IMG/VR virus record: IMGVR_UViG_3300000032_000001
Direction: 5' to 3' (one strand)
From: a virus
DNA: 49,747 nt
How positions within the stretch are numbered: the stretch's first letter is position 1; each line of letters begins with the position of its first letter. The notes under the pieces are model-generated. The model was not told the DNA's origin, ran no database searches, and saw nothing but the letters and a program-made list of their open reading frames with translations. Below are positions 16,049-21,645 of the stretch, piece after piece. A program made the position numbers and the translations under genes.

Positions 16049-16435
16049 GTGATTATAATGACCATGGTAGAAAAAATCGATTTACTTATGAAAGAAAAAG
16101 GCATTAAGGATTTAATGGTATTGTCCAAACAATCAGGGATACCTTATACCACATTAAAGGGTATTTATGAGAAAGGAGATAATTCTAAAAGAGAAACATT
16201 AGTGAAACTAAAAAAGTTCTTCGGATGTTCTATAGATTACCTTGCTGATGATGAATGCAATGACAGATCACTTAGTAAAGATATTCAAATGCAAAACACT
16301 CTATCAAAAATGGAGCAAGAACTATTGCATTTATGGAGAAAGCTTCCAAATGATGAGCAGTATAAGTTTATAGGCAGAATAGAGGCAAGGGTCGAAGAGT
16401 GCGCCACTGATGAATTCTATGCAAAAATGGCGTAG
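16049..16435 (+). CDS. cI: CI-like XRE-family repressor
   Basis: 128 aa. The HTH is LSKQSGIPYTTLKGIYEKG. The likely start is ATG at 16058 after AAGGGAGAG. A TATAAT at 16030..16035 implies a very short leader. Confidence 0.8.
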   Translation: MIIMTMVEKIDLLMKEKGIKDLMVLSKQSGIPYTTLKGIYEKGDNSKRETLVKLKKFFGCSIDYLADDECNDRSLSKDIQMQNTLSKMEQELLHLWRKLPNDEQYKFIGRIEARVEECATDEFYAKMA

Positions 16436-16476
16436 AGGCAATATTATTTTTGTAGATTTCAGAAAGCGGGATTGAT

Positions 16477-17157
16477 ATGCCTCGCAAAAAAGTAGTCAAG
16501 GTTAAACGTGATGATTTCAAGCGGCCAAATGGCCAGGGCACGGTTTATAAAATGCACGGCAACCGCCGCCGCCCATGGATTGCACGCGTTACGACAAAAT
16601 ACCGTAAAAGAGGGAAGCAAGAATATCAAAATATTGGCTATTTTAAGAGTGAGGAAGAGGCAGAGGCAGCCCTTTCCTTGCACCAGATACAACCTGTTTC
16701 TCCACGAGCGGGAATGACGCTGGAAGAACTCTATAGTGAGTGGTCTGCCGGAAAATATGAATATATCAGCCATGATACAATAAACACATATAAAGCAGCC
16801 TGGATTAATTTTGCTAAGTACAAAGATGTAAAAGTTAAAGAGATCCGGACAGGACATTTTCAAAGCATAATTGATCAGTGCTACAAAGAAAACAAAAGCA
16901 AATCCTCACTTGAAAAGATTCGCAACGTGGCTTCGGCAATGCTTGATTATGCAATCCAGAACGACATAACAAACAAAAATTACGCTAAATTTATACGGAT
17001 ACCGAAGTTTGAAAAAGCAGAAAAAGACCGCTTCAGCGATTTAGAGATAGAAAAACTGTTTAAGGCTATCAATAAAAACGAATGGATCTCGACGGTATTG
17101 ATCATGATTTATACCGGTATGAGAATTTCCGAGATGCTCCAGCTTTACAAAGTTTAA
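16477..17157 (+). CDS. int: Tyrosine integrase, N-terminal fragment (AP2-like arm-binding domain plus core-binding domain); frameshifted
   Basis: RPNGQGTVYKMHGNRRRPWIARVT...IGYFKSEEEAEAAL and catalytic Arg region YTGMRISEML. The ORF stops at 17155..17157. Confidence 0.8.
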   Translation: MPRKKVVKVKRDDFKRPNGQGTVYKMHGNRRRPWIARVTTKYRKRGKQEYQNIGYFKSEEEAEAALSLHQIQPVSPRAGMTLEELYSEWSAGKYEYISHDTINTYKAAWINFAKYKDVKVKEIRTGHFQSIIDQCYKENKSKSSLEKIRNVASAMLDYAIQNDITNKNYAKFIRIPKFEKAEKDRFSDLEIEKLFKAINKNEWISTVLIMIYTGMRISEMLQLYKV

Positions 17158-17248
17158 TGTTGATCTAAAAGACGATGTTATTACGGGAGGTATTAAGTCT
17201 GAAGCAGGCAAGAATAGAATCATACCCATACATACTAAAATAAAACCT

Positions 17249-17545
17249 ATGGTTGAAAAATGGTATAACAAAGACGGCCAGGCGTTAATTTGCCACAAAG
17301 AAGGAAAAGGCATGTTAGCAAAATACTACCGGGAAGAGTATTATTACCCGGCCCTGGATACTGCCGGTGTTCGAAAACTTGTTCCGCATGTCTGCCGGCA
17401 CACATTCGCCAGCCTCATGGCCGAAGCAGGAGCAGATCCGATTTTTATACAGAAGGTGATCGGCCATGCGGACTATTCAACAACAGCAAATATTTACACG
17501 CATCTTGAAAAAGAAAAGCTAAAAGAGGCAGTAAATAAGATATGA
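17249..17545 (+). CDS. int: Tyrosine integrase, C-terminal catalytic fragment (open frame extends upstream to about 17151)
   Basis: HVCRHTFASLM...VIGHADYSTTANIYTHL (HxxR...H...Y). Upstream in the same frame is FNVDLKDDVITGGIKSEAGKNRIIPIH. Confidence 0.8.
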   Translation: MVEKWYNKDGQALICHKEGKGMLAKYYREEYYYPALDTAGVRKLVPHVCRHTFASLMAEAGADPIFIQKVIGHADYSTTANIYTHLEKEKLKEAVNKI

Positions 17546-17566
17546 GAAATGCTCTGAATGCCCTTG

Positions 17567-17590
17567 GGTAACTTGCACGTAACTTGCAAA
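17567..17590 (+). repeat. attP arm repeat (P arm): GGTAACTTGCACGTAACTTGCAAA, two tandem GTAACTTGCA sites
   Basis: A 24-bp sequence repeated exactly at 17765..17788. The two copies flank the tRNA-derived core. Confidence 0.65.
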
Positions 17591-17625
17591 TATACCTTTA
17601 ATGCCAATGGAATCAAGACCTGTCC

Positions 17626-17675
17626 CTTGCTTGACACGCAAGAGGTGGTTGGTTCAATTCCAATCCCGCCCACCA
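17626..17675 (+). other. attP core: 3' part of a tRNA-Val(GAC) gene (anticodon arm, variable loop, T arm, acceptor 3' strand, CCA)
   Basis: CTTGC-TTGACAC-GCAAG anticodon arm, GTTGG-TTCAATT-CCAAT T arm, and CCCGCCC-A-CCA. No matching 5' acceptor or D arm lies upstream. Confidence 0.75.
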
Positions 17676-17679
17676 AAAG

Positions 17680-17716
17680 AATCCCTGCAGGAGTAAGCTT
17701 GCAGGGATTTTAATTT
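17680..17716 (+). terminator. Rho-independent terminator following the tRNA fragment
   Basis: AATCCCTGCA-ggagtaagct-TGCAGGGATT followed by TTAATTT. Confidence 0.6.
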
Positions 17717-17764
17717 GCCCAGAAAGAGCACTAAAAGCACCTTGAAATGCGGAGAATTCTTGAC

Positions 17765-17788
17765 GGTAACTTGCACGTAACTTGCAAA
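17765..17788 (+). repeat. attP arm repeat (P' arm), identical to 17567..17590
   Basis: Exact 24-bp direct repeat. Confidence 0.65.
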
Positions 17789-17792
17789 CAAT

Positions 17793-17832
17793 AAACCCGC
17801 CTGGACATCGCCGGACGGGTTTGTGATTTTTT
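17793..17832. terminator. Hairpin terminator (possibly bidirectional) between attP and the accessory operon
   Basis: AAACCCG...CGGGTTT stem followed by GTGATTTTTT on the plus strand. It lies 8 nt past the stop of 17840..18541 on the minus strand. Confidence 0.5.
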
Positions 17833-17839
17833 GGCGCAA

Positions 17840-18541
17840 CTAAAATTTTACTTCATCAAATTTAACATCTTTTAAGATACCAGGAGCAATATAATAATTA
17901 TCTGCAACGCGATACATATTCCCCGGATCAGTTACCTGCCGCCATGCAAGTCCCTTCCAGTCAATTTTATCAGCCGTTTCCCTAGTCAATGTAATGCTTG
18001 CGACATCTGTTAACTCTGATTTTCCGTACTTATCAGTCATTTCAGTCTGAGAAATTAGCGTGATTTGCTCTATTTTGGTATTGACAAATAACTGGCTTCC
18101 CGCTACTAATATTGTTCCCGCTGCCTTTTTAACAAAATCTGTTTCGTCCCAGGCATTATCTAATTTATAGGTTATTAATAATCTCTTTTGGCCTTCTTTT
18201 TCGGTGATGTCAATAATCTGAATCTCTGTGATGTCATCAGGAAAATTAACATCAGTAGTTATACCGGAATCTATTGTTGTTTCCTCTGCCAGTGCTGATT
18301 TTATATTATTTTCTGTTACATCAGCCGCTGCCCAATCAAAAGAAGGCTTTTCTGGCGCTGGTTGCGCTTCTGACGCTGTTTGCGTCTCGGTCGGTGTCTG
18401 AGATTCATCATCTCCGCTTGAACCTATTATCATTAAAATAATAATAAAAAGCACAAGCAAACCGAGACAACCTATACCGTATTTTTTCTTTTGAACATTA
18501 TCCACAAATCTCACCCCCTTTCCAAGTTTCATTTTCGACAA
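17840..18541 (-). CDS. Membrane-anchored protein of unknown function (accessory/moron)
   Basis: 233 aa. N-terminal TM helix IGCLGLLVLFIIILMIIG followed by an acidic Thr/Pro-rich linker. It sits next to attP. Confidence 0.6.
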   Translation of the reverse strand: MSKMKLGKGVRFVDNVQKKKYGIGCLGLLVLFIIILMIIGSSGDDESQTPTETQTASEAQPAPEKPSFDWAAADVTENNIKSALAEETTIDSGITTDVNFPDDITEIQIIDITEKEGQKRLLITYKLDNAWDETDFVKKAAGTILVAGSQLFVNTKIEQITLISQTEMTDKYGKSELTDVASITLTRETADKIDWKGLAWRQVTDPGNMYRVADNYYIAPGILKDVKFDEVKF

Positions 18542-18699
18542 ATAATTCGCGTGTCCTCCAATTCGACAAAACTTGCCATAATTTTACCTGCTTAAGCCTA
18601 AAAACCGCTGTCCTATCTGCGAAACAAAAAAGCTGCAAACTTTAGAAAGCGCCAAAAAGGTATCATCTACAGAAATAGATGCAAAATAGAAAAGCCGGG

Positions 18700-18882
18700 C
18701 TATTTGTCCGGCCTATCACCATACACTCTCCGCATTCCCTCAACCGTCACCAACCAGTTTTTGCCTGACTTGCGGGCCTCCTCCGGCTTAAACCGTCCCT
18801 GCTGGCAGGCTTTTTTCACGGTGGAGCTGTCCAGGTCCCAAAGGCGGGCCGCTTCGGCGGCGGTTAGGATGTCGTTGATCAT
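18700..18882 (-). CDS. Small HTH DNA-binding protein (mobile-element type)
   Basis: 60 aa. LTAAEAARLWDLDSSTVKKACQQGRF...GKNWLVT resembles short HTH proteins common in Firmicutes mobile elements. Confidence 0.55.
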   Translation of the reverse strand: MINDILTAAEAARLWDLDSSTVKKACQQGRFKPEEARKSGKNWLVTVEGMRRVYGDRPDK

Positions 18883-19184
18883 ATACCAGCCAACTCCCGT
18901 AATTCCTCGTTTTCGCCATTTGTCCGGAACAACTCAATAATGGTATCCCATTTACTTCCCTTGTGCTGGGCGTAAATAACAGCCAATGCCTTCAATGTTT
19001 GTGGTCCATTATGGATACCATTGGCGACGGCATACTTGACAAATCCTTCCCAGCCCTTTTTCTGTTTGGCTGTGGCGGTATCTTCTTTTTTGGATAGCGG
19101 ATTGTTTTGGCAGTCCCGGCCATAGTTGACCAAACTACAAGTCTGGCAATCTCCTTCGTTTTGCGTACAGTAATCTTTTTTCAT
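18879..19184 (-). CDS. Cys-rich hypothetical protein
   Basis: 101 aa. The N-terminus reads CTQNEGDCQTCSLVNYGRDCQN. Confidence 0.5.
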   Translation of the reverse strand: MKKDYCTQNEGDCQTCSLVNYGRDCQNNPLSKKEDTATAKQKKGWEGFVKYAVANGIHNGPQTLKALAVIYAQHKGSKWDTIIELFRTNGENEELRELAGI

Positions 19185-19231
19185 TTTATATCCTCCCTCT
19201 GCCGGTATAGGCCCCGGCTGGCCTATTATTT

Positions 19232-19732
19232 TTAACTTTCACAATCTCCGTAACAATAACTGTGGCACTTGGGGCAAAATCCGTTTCTTATCATCTGTGT
19301 ATATTCTGCGGCTGCCTCTTTAGCATTTTCCATTTTCCGATTTTCTTTTTCTGTTTCCTGAGCTCTTACCGCTTCAAATTCCTGTGTCGGAGTTAGTTCT
19401 GCTTCAATCTCATTCAGGGCGGCGATTATCATATTGTACTGCTCTTCTTTAACAAAACTATCGCCGAGTCTTGCATATGCTCCCTTTGCTCTCAGTTGAT
19501 TGGCCCTTGCGGAGTTTTCAGTTATTATTTCTGGCCTGTTGTAACTCCGGGTTACGAATTTACCATCTACAAAAACCTCTATGCTCAGTTGGTCAACCGT
19601 TTCTTTGCCAGTATTTACTTTGTATCCGTCAGCGTCAACAATATTATCTCTGACGTCTTTGATTCTTTCTATTTGCACTTCAACTTTTTTGTTGCTTGCT
19701 GTTGTCCATGTTACCGTTCTCTCTATTTTCAT
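19232..19732 (-). CDS. Hypothetical protein with C-terminal CPKCHSYCYGDC
   Basis: 166-aa ORF. It is the first gene behind a consensus promoter. Confidence 0.55.
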   Translation of the reverse strand: MKIERTVTWTTASNKKVEVQIERIKDVRDNIVDADGYKVNTGKETVDQLSIEVFVDGKFVTRSYNRPEIITENSARANQLRAKGAYARLGDSFVKEEQYNMIIAALNEIEAELTPTQEFEAVRAQETEKENRKMENAKEAAAEYTQMIRNGFCPKCHSYCYGDCES

Positions 19733-19765
19733 TTTATTGCCTCCCTTGTTTTTATCTTATAATTT

Positions 19766-19794
19766 ATTATATCCCGTACACGGGATATTGTCAA
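19766..19794 (-). promoter_or_regulatory. Consensus sigma-A promoter TTGACA-17 nt-TATAAT with an embedded palindromic operator
   Basis: On the minus strand, the -35 box is at 19789..19794 and the -10 box at 19766..19771. The spacer and -10 overlap ATATCCCGT-GT-ACGGGATAT (19769..19788). Confidence 0.7.
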
Positions 19795-19849
19795 CGGTTT
19801 TTTTAAAATAAATTTAACTTTTTTAAAATATTTTCTCCCCTCTAAAAAC

Positions 19850-19879
19850 AAAAAAACCCCGCCCATTTCTGGACGGGGT
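19850..19879 (-). terminator. Rho-independent terminator ending the late/lysis transcript
   Basis: On the minus strand, ACCCCGTCCAGAAATGGGCGGGGT is followed by TTTTTTTG. Confidence 0.6.
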
Positions 19880-19889
19880 ATCGTTTTGC

Positions 19890-20045
19890 CTAATCTTTTT
19901 CGCATTTCCCGGCCTGCAGGTTATAGTACCGGCAGTTCCCGCAATTCGGGATGACCTCATCCTGAAACGGCGCAGGCTCTACGCCGGGGCGCTTGTCCCA
20001 GTCGATGCAGTGGCGGGATTTGTGATCCTCCTCAATTGTACTCAT
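19890..20045 (-). CDS. Small Cys-containing protein (51 aa)
   Basis: My own translation is MSTIEEDHKSRHCIDWDKRPGVEPAPFQDEVIPNCGNCRYYNLQAGKCEKD. A GAAGAGG RBS-like sequence lies upstream. Confidence 0.35.
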   Translation of the reverse strand: MSTIEEDHKSRHCIDWDKRPGVEPAPFQDEVIPNCGNCRYYNLQAGKCEKD

Positions 20046-20157
20046 TCCAGGCCTCTTCGATCAGTGGCTTCCAAGCCAAGAAAAGGAACACAGCCAGGAT
20101 AAAATAAAGCAGACAGGGCACTACTTTGGCAAGCACCTCTAAAAACAATTCGTACAT
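20032..20157 (-). CDS. Small hydrophobic protein (41 aa)
   Basis: My own translation is MYELFLEVLAKVVPCLLYFILAVFLFLAWKPLIEEAWNEYN. A GGAGG RBS lies 7 nt upstream and there is one TM helix. Confidence 0.35.
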   Translation of the reverse strand: MYELFLEVLAKVVPCLLYFILAVFLFLAWKPLIEEAWNEYN

Positions 20158-20304
20158 ATGTTTACCTCCACAATTTTGTTTTGAGCATAAACAAAGCCCT
20201 CTTCCACCAGGAGCGTTGAGCTTCGCATATCGCTTTAACCAGGGCTAGTTTCTGCCCTGGCCTCATTTCCCGCAGGGACGTTGTTTTCCTTTCACAGTGA
20301 TCAC

Positions 20305-20545
20305 CTACTTTCCAAACATCTGCAGCAGCCTGTCCAGAACCGCCGCCAACTGTGCCCGCGTAATCGGTGCATCTGGATTAAAGTTGCCCTGCTGGTCGCC
20401 TTTGATTAACCCCAACTGCGCCAGTCTTTCAATGCTTGCCTTGGCCCAGAATCCCTCGCCTACATCTTTAAACATGCCTAACACCTCCTGTAATACTGTG
20501 CTTACCTGTAAATCATTTAACAGCCTTGCCCATGGAAAATTAGGC
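20305..20545 (-). CDS. SLH cell-wall-binding domain: frameshifted C-terminal part of the endolysin, or an internally initiated 56-aa product (ATG at 20475)
   Basis: My own translation is ..PGPNFPWARLLNDLQVSTVLQEVLGMFKDVGEGFWAKASIERLAQLGLIKGDQQGNFNPDAPITRAQLAAVLDRLLQMFGK. AGGAGGTG lies 6 nt before the internal ATG. Confidence 0.6.
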
Positions 20546-20998
20546 CCTGGTACATTTCGGCCTGTTAACGCTGTCGATCCGGTAATGGCCTATAATGTGG
20601 TCCTTATCTACAACTACCCCGTACTTGGCTATAAGCTGCTTGTGTAGCCACAAAGTAGCCTGGTACTGCGCTTCTGTAAGTGTACCGTCGCCGCCGTTAT
20701 TTCCGTAGCCTTCGTGTTCGATGCCGATAGTGTACCTGTTAGGATTTGTTCCGTCGTACAGCGACCAGGACGGTTTATTTACGATTCCAGCGTGCCAGGC
20801 TGCGTTCTCGTCCTTAACAAGCTGCCATATCTCCCCTGTTCGGGAGATTACATAATGGGCGCTGGACTGGGCCTTTGTATTGCAGAGCCAGTCCCTGCAG
20901 CCGGGAAATTGACCTGCGGTGATATGGTTAACTATCGCAATGATTTTGCTGCCCTTCCTGCTGCTGAAATTAGGAGACTCCTTCCACTGTATTTTCAT
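20540..20998 (-). CDS. N-acetylmuramoyl-L-alanine amidase (Amidase_2/PGRP) endolysin catalytic domain
   Basis: AIVNHITAG...SAHYVISRTGEIWQLV...AWHAG...IGIEHEG...IIGHYRI...KC. The ORF stops 3 codons after the Zn-ligand Cys. Confidence 0.85.
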   Translation of the reverse strand: MKIQWKESPNFSSRKGSKIIAIVNHITAGQFPGCRDWLCNTKAQSSAHYVISRTGEIWQLVKDENAAWHAGIVNKPSWSLYDGTNPNRYTIGIEHEGYGNNGGDGTLTEAQYQATLWLHKQLIAKYGVVVDKDHIIGHYRIDSVNRPKCTRA

Positions 20999-21010
20999 AT
21001 ACTCACCTTC

Positions 21011-21343
21011 CTAAATTTCTCCGCTTAGGTTACTATTTGTGTTTTCTGCTGATGTTGTAGGAGTTGCCGTTTGCTGCGTCACATAGTTGCTGTAGCCGCT
21101 GTAGTTGTTATAGCCGCTTGTATAGCCCTGATTCCTGGTAAGCCACATTGCCGCAATCTCATGCCCGAAGTAACCGCCAAGAATGGTTAACATAATTGGC
21201 ACGAGTACCTCAAGTACAGCCAGGGCAGAGGCTATCCCGAAACAGGCTAAGACGCAAATAAATAGAAAAATGCTGGAAAATGCAATTGCCAATACATCTT
21301 TGAAGGATAAGTCCCAAGGACGGCTAAAAAATCCCTTCATCAT
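21011..21343 (-). CDS. Putative holin / membrane protein
   Basis: 110 aa with 2-3 TM helices and a polar Tyr/Ser/Asn-rich tail. It lies immediately upstream of the endolysin. Confidence 0.5.
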   Translation of the reverse strand: MMKGFFSRPWDLSFKDVLAIAFSSIFLFICVLACFGIASALAVLEVLVPIMLTILGGYFGHEIAAMWLTRNQGYTSGYNNYSGYSNYVTQQTATPTTSAENTNSNLSGEI

Positions 21344-21567
21344 GTCGCAACCCTCACAAGTTGCATGGCGTATGATATGAGCCAGCCAACCGCCGCCGCC
21401 AATCCGGAGATAATCAAAACCGCCCAGTTCGGCAGGCGGTTTCTAAGCTCGTCTATGGCTTTCCACATTCTGACGTTTTCGTCGCATTGAGCGGTTTCAT
21501 GTGCGTCAAAATCTTTCCTGAGCTGGTCTACCTTTTCGTTGACAACAGGCACTGTTGCTTCAGTCAA
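21340..21567 (-). CDS. XhlA-like membrane protein (lysis accessory)
   Basis: 75 aa with an N-terminal coiled coil and a C-terminal TM helix (WAVLIISGLAAAVGWLISYA). Confidence 0.45.
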   Translation of the reverse strand: MTEATVPVVNEKVDQLRKDFDAHETAQCDENVRMWKAIDELRNRLPNWAVLIISGLAAAVGWLISYAMQLVRVAT

Positions 21568-21645
21568 ATCTCACCCACCTCCGCAATAAAATAACCGCCC
21601 TGGAGAGGCGGTCCTATTTCCGTTCTCGCTACTTCGTTAGTTGAA

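Noticed and set aside
17631-17637. The anticodon loop of the tRNA-Val fragment (TTGACAC) is identical to the plus-strand heptamer of the hairpin modules.
   Set aside because: It is a 7-mer that also equals the -35 consensus plus C (it recurs in the cro promoter at 15960..15966). The flanking context is unrelated and the hairpin modules are functional on the opposite strand. I treat it as coincidence.
17494-17676. A 60-aa minus-strand ORF (MVGGIGIEPTTS...).
   Set aside because: It is the reverse-complement translation of the tRNA T-arm and acceptor region and the attP core. This is a known artefact pattern.
20297-20647. A 116-aa plus-strand ORF downstream of the endolysin.
   Set aside because: The minus strand of the same region encodes a textbook SLH domain, so the plus-strand ORF is its antisense shadow.
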